A stretch of 63,919 bases of DNA, the filler included, from Octopus bimaculoides (lineage: Eukaryota), in the NCBI RefSeq assembly GCF_001194135.2. It is 6 parts of 6 records of this genome, joined end to end, with 100 filler letters (N's around TTAATTAATTAA, not from the genome) between each part and the next. Parts side by side here need not be neighbours in the genome. Positions count along the whole stretch, not along the records: positions 1 to 14,089 come from NC_068994.1; 5 more parts are not named here. The stretch is one strand, 5' to 3'. The position numbers and the translations under genes are program-made. Below the pieces are notes generated by a model that made no database searches, was not told where the DNA came from, and was given only the letters and a program-made list of their open reading frames with translations. This document shows, in pieces, positions 1 through 12,768 of the stretch (its first letter is position 1; the number at the start of each line of letters is the position of its first letter).

Positions 1-734
1 AGTTGTAGTAGTGGTGGTCGTGATGGGAGTAGGTGGTTGTAGCGGTGGTGCGGTGGGAGATGAATGGTGGGGGAGGGAAGATGTTTAGTGTTTCGATCGT
101 CGCCGAGATATTAGTGAAGTCTAAGAGATATTTGTTGTGGGGGGGGGGGAGGTTTTTGGCAGCAGTAGCAAAAGCAACAGCAGCAATATGAGTATTAATT
201 GACTGTTGTGGTGGTGATGATGATGACGACGATGCTGCTGCTTTATGATAGAAGATGACGATGTGTGCGGACGATGCGATTCGCGAACAACATCAATAAC
301 GCTTTTCCATGCTGCTTTCTCTCCCACTCACCGCCAACTTCCTTTCTACTTACACACCTATCTATTTATAACTTACCTACAACTCTTCCTATTAATCTAT
401 CGAGACACCAATCTCTCTACCAACTACTCTACCTACCTCACCTGCCTATCTACCTACCTTGATAGTCATTAGCTTACCCTCTTAGCTCCTTTCCAGCAAT
501 CTGTATTCAATTTCCTAATCGTCTCGGCCTCTTTTCCACTGATAGATGCCATGTGACCACCGCTTGTCCAACATTCCACCTTCTTTTTAGACATACGCAA
601 CTTTATGGTTGTCCCACTCTCCAGGTCTCTATTACACATAAGCCACCAGGTGGCTAGCCTACCGTCCTCCTTCCAATTAACTATGAATTCTACTTTTCAC
701 CTGCTACCCCAAGGTCATATCTTTATCTATTATG

Positions 735-776
735 GCCGGGTTCCAACCCACGCTGTGGCCTGGGTTGGAACCCGGC
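735..776. repeat. Perfect 16-bp inverted repeat (hairpin) with 10-nt loop
   Basis: GCCGGGTTCCAACCCA (735-750) and TGGGTTGGAACCCGGC (761-776) are exact reverse complements. Confidence 0.9.
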
Positions 777-789
777 ACACTTCTCGGTC

Positions 790-1960
790 TATCACCACTG
801 CCTAGAGGTCCTGGATACATTCCAGGCAAGTTGTCGATGTGTGACGATGTTTTCCTCTTCTTACATCACCATGAAGTGGGTTCCACAAGACTAATTCGGA
901 TGCTTCCAGTTTAAGATGGCGCACGCAGTGACCAGATAGTCGAAGCCGTCGTTGCCTGATCTTGTTGCTATTTTTCGGAAGGTCTCCAAAAAGGTATTCA
1001 TTTGCTGCCATTTCACATTTAGAGCCATTCATGACATCCTTATGGAGCATCCATTTGCCCATTTGATAAGTCCTTTGTCAGTGTCCACCTTTCGCTGCCA
1101 TATAATAGCACTGATTCGAGAGGCGCAATGAACAGCTTGATTTTGATTTGCCCGGGCAATTTGGAGTTCTACACCTTCTTTAGCTTGTGGCAGGCTGCTC
1201 ATGCTTGTGTCTTCCTGATTTTGATGTCTGCTCCGAACTGCTCACCCAACCACCCAAGTACTTCAGGTCTTCGGCATCATTCAGTTTGGAACTGCTCAAA
1301 GCAAACAGTTCAGCATCACTTGATTGGTTGAAAGACATATTTTCCATTTTCTCGACATTTGTGTGCAGCCCAGTTTTAGCAGCTGATGTTTCTACTCTGC
1401 TGAGCAGCTGGTTAGCTTGATCCACTTCATTAGACATGAGTGCTATATCATCTGCGAATCCAGGTCTGTGATGGTTACTGCTGCTACACCCCTCGATCTT
1501 TGCCGGTCTATGGTTAAACCAAGGTCTTCGCTGCTATTGTTTATAGCCTGCCACATTACATAATCCAATAGAATTGCAAACAGGTAAGGTCCAAGCGTCT
1601 CTCCTTGTAACAGCCCAGCTAATATTTGAGAGAATTGCGTTTCTCCGTCACATGACAACACGCGAGTTCTGGTCTTCTTGCAGTGCTTTGCAATGACAAG
1701 AACTCGTACTTCTGGAATGCCATATGCTCGAAGGATCTCCAACATTTTGTAACGGTGGATGCTGTCAAACGCTTTGCTGAAGTCTACAAAGGTTATAATG
1801 GTAGGGAGTTGTCTTGATTTAACTCATTCTATCATACACCTCGGGGCTAAGATCTGAGATGTTGTGCATCTCCCTGGTCTAAATCCATTTTGATTTGGTC
1901 TCAGATGGCTATCAAGCAGCGGTTGAATCCAGTTGAGGATCATTCGATTGATGGCTTTTT
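790..1960 (-). mobile_element. Decayed RTE-clade non-LTR retrotransposon, reverse transcriptase to C-terminus (frameshifted)
   Basis: Minus-strand frames give ILNWIQPLLDSHLRPNQNGFRPGR, FVDFSKAFDSIHRYKM, LRAYGIP, GLLQGETLGPYLFAILLDYVM, a DLD-F-ADDIA catalytic motif broken by a 1-nt deletion at about 1450, LKYLGGW, and WNPLHGDVRRGK. Several frameshifts. Confidence 0.9.
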
Positions 1961-2434
1961 TCCGCTCTAGAAACGTTGTCCTTGTAACCCAGTTGCTCAA
2001 GTGGCTTTCACTTGATGGCTTGGTCTGTTCATGGTCCATCGATACAAAATGTTGGAGATCTTTCGAGCATATGGCATGGTCCCAGGACAGTAACGGTTCT
2101 CCTTTCCTGTTAAAGCGTCGGTTAAGGAAAGAGGCACAGCTCATTGTTGTATGAGATTGGAGGGTTATTTAATTGACTTATGTTTTGTGAAAGAGAACGG
2201 GTGAAGCCTAGACCGGAAGTTAGCAATTGGTCTTCAGATCGGGCCAAAGTAAAATTTCCATCTTTTTTTTTTTTAACTACTGTAACTTTGCCGACTCTGC
2301 GACTTCCCCGACTCTTGACAGAAATGTCAGTTTTTCGGTGTCATGGCGGAATTTGAACTCAGACTGCATACAACCGGAACAAATACCACGAAGTTTCTCG
2401 TCTGATGCCCTAACATTTCAGACAACCCACCGTC

Positions 2435-2560
2435 CTGGATTGGTACTTTATTTATCAACCCCAAAAGAGTGAACGACAAGGCTGACCTCGGCAGGATTTG
2501 TATTTAGAATGTAAAGACTCGGAACAAACACCAAAAGATATTCAAGAATGCGACGCATTA
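2435..2560 (-). mobile_element. SINE family C fragment
   Basis: GGTACTTTATTTATCAACCCCAAAAG...GACCTCGGCAGGATTTG matches the family C body seen at 30215, 34207, 42985 and 45930. Confidence 0.65.
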
Positions 2561-2774
2561 ACAGCCGTAACAACAAAGACAGGTTTGCTGTAGCTGGGCT
2601 GACAGTACAACAATACCCCCACCCCATCGCCAGGTTAGACAGCAACAGTTGTGTAAAGTTAATTACATAGAATCGCTTGATTAGTCACACTGGGAATGTT
2701 AGCATTGATCACCACCACCACATCATCATCATCATCATCATCATCATTAACATCTCCATGATATTACTGTCTTC

Positions 2775-2996
2775 AGTCCTAGGAATTCTAGGGCCATGGT
2801 TATCTAGCTTCCATGGCGTATAAATGACCGAGATGATAATATTCCCCCTGGACGGGACGCCAGTCCGTCGCAGATTGACCCATGTACATCTGAGTGGAGT
2901 GGAGCAACGGGAAAAGAACACAACGCAACACCTGGTCAGGAATTGAAACTACAACCTTGCAATCGTGAGAGCAACACCCTAAACAGTAGGCCACTC
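2775..2996 (-). mobile_element. tRNA-derived CORE-like SINE (family B), decayed
   Basis: Reverse complement has an A/B-box head and TTGCTCCACTCCACTCAGATG core, matching copies at 20000, 36741 and 45085. Confidence 0.7.
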
Positions 2997-3187
2997 ATCA
3001 CCTAATCCAGGAATCGAACTTGCTAATTTATTGTCGTAAGGCAGCGCTTTAACCATTAGGCCCATGACGTCATAGAATGTCTCAGTCTTTGGTGCGGACG
3101 GAGGAGAGCAAACGTTGCTGCTTCATTTATGCCGGGTTTTATTTGAAGATTGTCGCAATCTATTTTCAGTTTAGAATATTAGAAGAT

Positions 3188-3325
3188 GAGAAGAGGAAGA
3201 AGAAGAAGAAGAAGAAGAAGAAGAAGAAGAAGAAGAAGAAGAAGAAGAGGAGGAGGAGGAGTAGGAGGAGTAGGAGGAGTAGGAGTAGGAGGAGGAAGAG
3301 GAGAAGAAGAAGGAGGAGGAGGAGG
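3188..3325. repeat. (GAA)n/(GGA)n purine microsatellite
   Basis: Direct reading; source of the poly-K/R/L/P ORFs in the track. Confidence 0.95.
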
Positions 3326-3660
3326 AATCTGTTCAGTGTACTTGAATTGTGTCATGGGTTTGAGACCCAAGAAGGGTAACAGTAAGAGTAGATTTAGCTT
3401 GAAGGGGGGGTGGGGGGAATGAGCTATCACCACTTGTCACACTCTATCGACCCACAACACCTCCCTTCCCCTACCATCACCTTGGTGACCATCAACCACT
3501 TGCAATGAATTTATTGGTTGACCAGCACCCCACCCCCTCTCTCTCTCATGTGCATGCGTGTGTGTATGTATGTGTGTGCGTGTGTGTGTGCGTGTGCTCT
3601 GTGAGTATGTATGTCAATGTCAAGTTTAAACAAGACATAAACATGCTGCTGCATGTCGAG

Positions 3661-3711
<51 letters not shown>

Positions 3712-4087
3712 ATCCTTTATGCACTGCTGCATCATTCTGTCTCACTCTGAATAACCGAGCGTGCGCAAGGGGCACTTGCGGCTACNNNNNNNNNNNNNNN
3801 NNNNNNNNNNNNNNNNNNNNNNNNNNNNNNNNNNNNNNNNNNNNNNNNNNNNNNNNNNNNNNNNNNNNNNNNNNNNNNNNNNNNNNNNNNNNNNNNNNNN
3901 NNNNNNNNNNNNNNNNNNNNNNNNNNNNNNNNNNNNNNNNNNNNNNNNNNNNNNNNNNNNNNNNNNNNNNNNNNNNNNNNNNNNNNNNNNNNNNNNNNNN
4001 NNNNNNNNNNNNNNNNNNNNNNNNNNNNNNNNNNNNNNNNNNNNNNNNNNNNNNNNNNNNNNNNNNNNNNNNNNNNNNNNNNNNNNN

Positions 4088-4140
<53 letters not shown>

Positions 4141-4224
4141 CACACATACAAGAATTAAGGAATGGAGTAGATAAGATCCGAGCTACATATGTTTCATGTA
4201 CAGATACACACACACGCACGTACA

Positions 4225-4388
4225 CCACGGGCTTCTTTCAGTTTCCGTCTCCCAAAACCACCCACAAGTCTATGGTCAGCTCGAGGCAATAGTAGAAGAC
4301 ACTTGCCCAAGGTGCCACGCAGTGGGACTGAAACCGGAACTATGTGGTAGGGAAGCAAGCTTCTTACCACACAGCCACGCCTGCGTCT
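4225..4388 (-). mobile_element. tRNA-derived SINE family A, 5' part
   Basis: Reverse complement of GGCGCAGGAGTGGCTGTGTGGTAAG...GGTTCAGTCCCACTGCGTGGCACCTTGGGCAAGTGTCTTCTACTAT, seen more than 10 times in the window. Resembles published octopus tRNA-derived SINEs (OK/OR types); exact family not verified. Confidence 0.85.
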
Positions 4389-4730
4389 ATAAATTTTCGT
4401 GGCAGCCTCCGGATGCCAAAACCCGGGACATCAGTACATTTACAAAATGATTTCTTGAAATGTCAATTAACACCAATTTTAATTGGTTTATGTGCGCCCG
4501 CACGCGCTCACGTTTGCGCGAACCGCCTCTTTTTCATGATACATACACATAGACACACACATAAAGGCACACAGATATAGTTACACACACACACACATAC
4601 ACACATAGATAGAAATGCACGCACACAAATACACACGTTTCCTCTCCTTTAATAAAAACAGAAAATTAATTTAATAATTTCTCATCACTGCTGTAATACA
4701 ACCTTGAATCTTTCATTTACGCTTGTCAGT

Positions 4731-4783
<53 letters not shown>

Positions 4784-4944
4784 TGAATGCACTCAAATAC
4801 ACACGTATATAACTTTGAATTTATATAACTATAAATATGCAGGCAGGTTTCAGAATGTGGATGTATACAGATACATGTGTTATTCTGCTCATACATACAT
4901 ACATACATACATACATATACACATACGTACACACTCTCACACAA

Positions 4945-4975
<31 letters not shown>

Positions 4976-5016
4976 CATGCAAACACGTAATATGCACATC
5001 TATCAACACACACACG

Positions 5017-5073
<57 letters not shown>

Positions 5074-5932
5074 GCATACACGTGTATACATATGTGTACA
5101 TATATAATATAGGAATTCGTAGGTACACAAATCTTTCTACATATGCACATGTGCGTTTGGCTATGCGTGACTGTGAGAGAGAAAGTTTAAGTGAGTCAAG
5201 ACATGTCGTCTGTTGCTTTGAGAATAAAAAGATAGCGTTTTTGATAAAAGAAACTTCATTGAATGGAGACAAAGAAATGAAAGACAGACAAATAGAAATG
5301 TGAGAAGGAAGAAGAAAATTAGATAAATAGATAAAGAGGTATGTTTATATAGTCGTACGTATCCCTACATAACTGCATATATGTATGTGTGTGTGCGTGT
5401 TTGTGCATACTATGTGTTGTATATAAATGCAGGTATGCATATATGAGTGCATACATGTGTGTATTAAATACACACACAATTAAAATATACACATATATGC
5501 TGTAGAGAAACATATGTACACACACGTATGTTGAGTGAAGAGGAGAGAGAAAAAGAGAAAGAAACTGAGAAAGTTGGAAAGGTAAAAAGGTGAAAGGAAA
5601 AGGAAAGAAAACGTGGAAGAAGCGAAGGTGGTGGGAGTTAATAAGGGCAGACGGACAGTTGGATGTCGTTGTGTGAGCATGTGCATGCGCGCGCGCGTGT
5701 GAGAGAGAAGAAGAGAGAGATAGAAATATATATGCATATAGGAATAGATATTTTTCTCGATAGATAAAGAGAAAGGGCAGATCCTAAGAAAGAAAGGAGG
5801 ATTAAAGAAAATGTCAAAGGAACATTTGGCCGTGAGGTGGAATCGTTGTTGTCGAGTTTGTATCTCTTAATTTAAGTATTGAATCGACGAGAGATGGGGG
5901 AACTAACCAAACAACTACAACAAGGATACTTT

Positions 5933-6015
5933 TATAATAATAATAATAATAATAATAATGATAATAATAATAATAATAATAATGATAATAATAATAATAA
6001 TAATGATAATGATAC
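5933..6015. repeat. (AAT)n microsatellite
   Basis: Direct reading. Confidence 0.95.
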
Positions 6016-6350
6016 TCTATTACTAGATCAATTTTATCAGTTTGAAAGAGGAAAACAAATGCAAGTAACTGAAGATGAAAATGTAAAAAAAACATAAAAT
6101 ATGAAAAAAAGGAAAAGTTTTTTCAATGACGTCACACGTCTTCCGCTGAGAGTCGCCCGAGGCGGTGTCGTATGGAGAGAGAGGCGTGGGGAGGTAATCA
6201 AGGTAGATAACTAACTCGGTAGAGTCAAACATCTTGACAGTTAATCTAAAATGTTCTTTCTTTGCCTTGCTCTCTCTCTCACACACACACAAACACACAC
6301 ACATAATCTCACGTACACAGTAACATGATTTATGCGTATGCATGTGAGTG

Positions 6351-6393
<43 letters not shown>

Positions 6394-7740
6394 TCAATGA
6401 GAAAACTGAAGACAGCAGATGCTCTTGATTTCAATGAAGCGAGGGCTGAAGACCTGATTCTTTCAATGAAGGGAAAAGAAGAAAAAAAAAGAGAAAACGA
6501 GGAAGAGAATAGGAGAGGCGGAGAAAGAGAGGAGGAGAAAGAGAGGAGGAGAAAGAGAGGAGGAGAAAGAGAGGAGGAGAAAGAGAGGAGGAAGGTCACT
6601 TTCTATTCCAATAAAAAAAAATCATGCCCTTGACTATTTCTGCTTTTTTTCCTATTAAATATTACATTTTTTTTTGCAGATTGAGTGTTATTTGGTATTG
6701 AGAAACGTCCCTCTATAACTGGAATATTTGGTACATCCACCCAGATCAATTCTTTAGCAATACCCGGGATGGACTAGAATGCGTTCAACAAAAAAGCACT
6801 TGAATTACGAAAACAATAAACTTGGATTTTTCTTTTTATTGTGAGTTAGAGGGATGGGTGTTGAACTGTAACACACACTAGTATATGACTGGTACCTATT
6901 TTATTGGGCACCGGTAGAAGAGAAGATGTATTTTAACTCAGGACGCAACGAAATACCACAAAATATTTTGATGAGCCGTTCATTCATCCAAATCTGCCAC
7001 TCACCACTTTACTCCAAAAACAACAACGCCAACCTCAACATGAAAATTCTTTTTTTTTTGTTATAAAGGTAAGGCCTCCAGAAATCTTGTGGTGGTGGTG
7101 ATGGTGGTAGTAGGGGGGGGGGGGCTAGTCGATTGCATCGACCCCGTTTCTCAACTGGTACTGATATAATCACTGGTATTTAGTTACGTAACCAGTGTGA
7201 TAAAACGGACACCAATACAGTTACTGGTATTAAGGGATCACCATGATAGAGTGGACACTATTATAATTATTGGTACTTTATGATATCCAGTTTAGTCCAG
7301 TTCTCTGCTATTTCAGCAAATACTGAACAAACGAAAGAAAAATCTATGCAGCCTCTCGAACAACTAGAAATAACAGCTAAGTTTATATCACGTCATACTC
7401 TAACTTACTAAATATAGAAGGACAGTTTAAATAATGTATTTTTTGGTTAACTGTGTCTGCAAAAATCAGGCTGTTTATGGCTTGTACGTCTGATTATAGG
7501 TCTGACTTGCTAGGGTTAACCTGTGGTTAAATAATATCATTTTATCAGACATTAGTAGAAGGTCCGAAAGTCTGGAGTTGTTCACACAAATGGTGAAAGT
7601 AGGTCATCTGTTGGGGGTTGATGCTGGACATATCAAGTTTTGGCTGTAACTTGAACAAAGATTGCGTTTTGATCAAAACGTAAACGACCGCAGAAATTTC
7701 AGGCCTTGTGCCTATAGTAGAAAGGATTATTATATTATTA

Positions 7741-8322
7741 TTATTTACTTTTAATCTGCATGTTTTTTACAATCACTTGCCGAGACACACCCACCGTCCT
7801 GGGGTGAGTGAAGGATAAGAGATGTTACGGTATGACTAAAAGTTTCAGGGAGGGACGTGGCAGGGGCAGTAGTCAAATATCTTCATGTAATCTAGCACAT
7901 ATATTTAAATGGATAGGGTTTTTCTAAGGATGTGGGTAGTGCTTGTTAGTACAATCTTTTGGATTTCTCTGAGACATGGTTCTCCTGGGATCTTATCTAG
8001 ATGTTTCTGACATCCCTTTTTTTATTATTATCATACCTAGGGCACCTACAATAACAGGAACAGTTCTCGCTTTAAGATGTCACATCTTTTGTATTTCAGT
8101 TTCCAGGTCCTTATATTTACTTAATTTGTCAAATTCCTTTACAGATATATTTTTATTAGTGGAACACTTACATCTATTAGTCTACAAGTGTTTTCTTCCC
8201 TGTCTTTAATAATTATGTCTGGTCGATTAGCCTGGATCGTTCTATCGGTGTTGACTGGAAAATCCGAGAGGATAGTGACATTTTTACCTTCAACGACTGA
8301 CTCGGGGTGATGTTCATACCAT
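7741..8322 (-). mobile_element. 5'-truncated R4/Dong-like non-LTR element, restriction-like endonuclease (RLE) end plus 3' UTR
   Basis: WYEHHPESVVEGKNVTILSDFPVNTDRTIQANRPDIIIKD...LIDVSVP / KEFDKLSKYKDLE...TVPVIVGALGM (PD-(D/E)xK fold). Both ends abut (ATT/AAT)n tracts. Confidence 0.85.
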
Positions 8323-8356
8323 ATTATCATCATCATCATTATTATCATCATTATTA

Positions 8357-8412
<56 letters not shown>

Positions 8413-8922
8413 GGGGATCATACTTTAGTCTTCGTTTGTGCTGGTACCGACAGTGGTTGTGGTCTGAGCGTAAATGTTACTGTTATTGTTGCAGGCAAAG
8501 TGAGTATCGCCATTTCTGCTATAATGGCAGTACCACTAGTGGCTGATAGTAATGTTGTTGTATATGGAATTACAGGGACAGCGTTACAAGGCTGAGTAAA
8601 TAGTTTCTCAGTTCGGAGTTCAAATCCTACAAAGCGCCTCACGGGAGAGATAAAAGACAATAGCAACAGGAGTGAAATGGACTTTGTGCTAAAAGTCACT
8701 GTAAACTACAAATCTTCTCCCTTTCTATCATTTGTTCCATTAACCTAAAGCTATACATTAGTAAAGCGAGACCTCAGTACATGACTGGTACATGAAAACA
8801 AATTTGGCCTCGGCAGGATTTGAACTCATACAATAACTGGAATAACATTAGGTCATTCAATCTATCACCAGTGCCATATTTCCACGTTTCACATTAAAAA
8901 GTTACATTACTGCTGCTCTTGG

Positions 8923-8977
<55 letters not shown>

Positions 8978-9145
8978 AATATTGAAAGAAAGAAAAGAAA
9001 AATGTATGAAAGGAGGCGAGGAAGGATGAGAAAGGAGTGGAAGGTGTGCGAGAAAGGTGAATGTTAAAAGGAGAAGTGCGAAAAAGAGGAGAGGAATAAG
9101 TCTTTGCTCCGACTGGCAAACGAAATACTTTGCCGCCGGCCGCAA

Positions 9146-9167
9146 GTCACGTGCTCAGTAATGGCGG
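9146..9167 (+). promoter_or_regulatory. Candidate promoter motifs (E-box/USF GTCACGTG; YY1-like AATGGCGG) in a CpG-rich patch
   Basis: GCCGCCGGCCGCAAGTCACGTGCTCAGTAATGGCGG. Short motifs only; no transcript evidence. Confidence 0.25.
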
Positions 9168-9694
9168 TAGTTTGTTCAGTCGATTTAACGAAATGCTAAA
9201 GTAATTAATACGGATGATGATGATGATGATGACGATGATGGTGACGATGACGATGATGAACATGACAACAAAAACAGCATCATCATCATCAGCAACAACA
9301 ACAACAACAACTACAATAATTATAATAACAACAACAATAATTATAATAATACTAATAATTTATGAAGATAATGATACCGATAACGATGATGATTACGACA
9401 ATAACAACAATAATAATAATACTAATAACAACAACAACAACAACAATACAACTGATCAGGAATTGAAACTAAATTAAAAATTAGATAATCACTGATCGTA
9501 ATTCAGATAAACAAAATAGAAAGAAAAACACACAAAATAAACAGGCGTTTGTGCAAGTTGGATGTCGAGCGAGAAAACTGTGAGAATGGAAACTATGTTG
9601 TTGTTGTTGTTGCTTTTCTTTTTGCTGTCGTTATATGTTGAAACTCTTGCCTTCGATGTTGCTATCATTGTTTTTGTTGTTATAGTAGTAGCAG

Positions 9695-9810
9695 TGGTGG
9701 TGGTGGTGGTGGTGGTGGTGGTGGTGGTGGTGATGGTGGTGGTGGTGGTGGTGATGGTAGTGGTGGTGATGGTGGTGGTGATCGTGGTGGTAGTGGTGAT
9801 GGTGGTGGTA
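9695..9810. repeat. (GGT)n microsatellite
   Basis: Direct reading; source of the poly-Val ORF. Confidence 0.95.
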
Positions 9811-10074
9811 ATAATGATGTCAGAAACAGTCGACGTAGGGTTTATAATATTAGCGCGGAACCTTTTGAGAGGAGACGAAATGAAATTTTGCGGAGCTGAA
9901 AAGTGAGTGACAGGAGAAGTATTGGAGTTTTAATGGGAATTAGACTTGTAAGAAGGGAACAGACGACTCTTTTAAATTATCCTCAATTGAATTAAAAAGT
10001 GGAAAAACTCCATCCTCTCTATCTCCAATACTCGCTCTCAGTCGAGGGTCCTCTTTAGTCGTGCGAAGTACTTA

Positions 10075-10235
10075 GTGCTGGTGTGTGTGAAGTGGTTGAT
10101 GTTAGGAAGGACATCTGGCGGTTGATACCATATGGAAACAGATATTTGAGCCCGATGCAGTCTACGGAGTTGTCAGCTCTTGACCAAAGGCAGTAAAGAA
10201 GGCGTTAAATGATAACGATGATGTTGTTGAGGATG
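10075..10235 (+). mobile_element. SINE 3' module ending in (ATG)n (family E tail), decayed
   Basis: TTAGGAAGGACATCTGGCGG...GGCGTTAAATGATAACGATGATG, similar to 38690, 42060 and 50515. Confidence 0.45.
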
Positions 10236-10415
10236 ATGATGATGAATCCTAAAAATTGATACGTTAGAAATCAATGAGATGGTCATGATTGGATTTTAAT
10301 CGATAAATAAACAAATCACCAGATGAAAATGGAGGCAAAACAAAATTTGAAGGCGATGACTGGCAGAAAAAAAAAGGCGGGGATATAAAGGAGAACCATC
10401 GAAGTGAACCGCCCC

Positions 10416-10461
<46 letters not shown>

Positions 10462-11292
10462 AGTCACTCGTGCCACACTCATCGCTAGAATAAGAACGAT
10501 GGATTAGAACTGTTATAGATTGGTCGGTTCAATTAGAGTCAACCTGGGGTTAAATGACAACTGCAGCATTTACAAACAGGAGCCAACTATCGAGTAAGAA
10601 ATCGCAGCCAAATCCCACTCAGATCTCATTCTAACGTCTAAAATAAAATAATAAAAACCATTTGTTAATACAGTAATCGACACAGTGTGATCATCACCAT
10701 CATCAACAGGATGATCACCGTTGGAGTGCCTTTGATCAGTTCAAGTAAAAACTATCTTGGATTAACAACAACAACAACAACAACAGCAACAACAACAACA
10801 ACAACAAGATGCACGAAAGAACCTCAGTATGGTTGCTGGATGAACTAGAAATAACGACCAAGCCTCCCAACGAACTTAAAAATGGAAGGACACGTAAATA
10901 TAGTACAGCTAAACAAAGGAGATAGGGTGGTCACAGCGGGAACGTCTGGTATTTAAAACTAAGAGGACCTCGAGCAAAGACTCCCGAGACGTGAGACGAA
11001 TGAAAAGAAATGAGTCTTCGTTTTTATTTCAGACACGAGACAAGTTGACAGGGGAAGACAACTGGTGAGGCAGCACTTGTGTAGCTTGCAGGCGTTGTGA
11101 CAGTGTAATGATGAAGATGACGACGATGATGATGATGATCATGATGGTAGTAGTGGTGAAGAGGATGATGGTCGTAGTGGATGGTATGCAATGTATATTC
11201 CAAGCTTGATATTAACCAGTCAAGTTTTTATTAAGGAAACCAACAATTCCCCCGCCCCCTCTCTCTCTCTCTCTCACTGTCTCTCTCCCTCA

Positions 11293-11334
<42 letters not shown>

Positions 11335-11365
11335 TTATCTATCTATCTATCTATCNNNNNNNNNN

Positions 11366-11424
<59 letters not shown>

Positions 11425-11478
11425 ATCTATCTGTCTCTGTTTATACATGCACATACTCATATATTTATTTGTGCGTGC

Positions 11479-11524
<46 letters not shown>

Positions 11525-12330
11525 ATGCATGCATATATATAGGCAAACAACAAGGAATCTTGTGTAGCTCTGCGCCGGCAAGCCTTCAAAAACAAAATAT
11601 AGGGAAAAGTGGAAGGCTGAGGTGANNNNNNNNNNNNNNNNNNNNNNNNNNNNNNNNNNNNNNNNNNNNNNNNNNNNNNNNNNNNNNNNNNNNNNNNNNN
11701 NNNNNNNNNNNNNNNNNNNNNNNNNNNNNNNNNNNNNNNNNNNNNNNNNNNNNNNNNNNNNNNNNNNNNNNNNNNNNNNNNNNNNNNNNNNNNNNNNNNN
11801 NNNNNNNNNNNNNNNNNNNNNNNNNNNNNNNNNNNNNNNNNNNNNNNNNNNNNNNNNNNNNNNNNNNNNNNNNNNNNNNNNNNNNNNNNNNNNNNNNNNN
11901 NNNNNNNNNNNNNNNNNNNNNNNNNNNNNNNNNNNNNNNNNNNNNNNNNNNNNNNNNNNNNNNNNNNNNNNNNNNNNNNNNNNNNNNNNNNNNNNNNNNN
12001 NNNNNNNNNNNNNNNNNNNNNNNNNNNNNNNNNNNNNNNNNNNNNNNNNNNNNNNNNNNNNNNNNNNNNNNNNNNNNNNNNNNNNNNNNNNNNNNNNNNN
12101 NNNNNNNNNNNNNNNNNNNNNNNNNNNNNNNNNNNNNNNNNNNNNNNNNNNNNNNNNNNNNNNNNNNNNNNNNNNNNNNNNNNNNNNNNNNNNNNNNNNN
12201 NNNNNNNNNNNNNNNNNNNNNNNNNNNNNNNNNNNNNNNNNNNNNNNNNNNNNNNNNNNNNNNNNNNNNNNNNNNNNNNNNNNNNNNNNNNNNNNNNNNN
12301 NNNNNNNNNNNNNNNNNNNNNNNNNNNNNN

Positions 12331-12768
12331 AAGATAAAAGTCTTAGAAATCTCCTTGTTAGAAACTTCACAGCTCCCAGCTCCGCACAGCCAGGAACCTT
12401 TAAATTTTCTCGCCGACGATGTAACACATGCCCCTACATCAACAATATTACCACCATTACGGGGCCCAAGAAGCAATATCACTCATCACACCACTTCCGT
12501 TGCACTTCGGCGAATCTCGTATATCGCATCATATGCAAACTCTGCGATACTCTTTACATCGGAGAAACAGGGCGAAGCCTTGGGAATCGCTTTCGCGAAC
12601 GCACCAGAAGCATAATTCTACGTATGCCAGGCCAACCTGTCGCCACCCACTTCAACACTGTGAATCATTCCATTGCAGATTTATCAGTGTGTGGCATGGC
12701 CTTGCACCACGGAACCCTCCCACTTCTCTAAGAAACGAAAGGAGCAACGTCTCGTATTTGATCTTGGC
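12331..12768 (+). mobile_element. Penelope-like element GIY-YIG endonuclease domain (3' part; 5' part lost in gap)
   Basis: CNTCPYI...CTSANLVYRIICKLCDTLYIGETGRSLGNRFRER...PVATHFNTVNHS, then a frameshift to RKEQRLVFDLG. The CCHH-spaced GIY-YIG pattern is typical of Penelope-like elements. Confidence 0.9.
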
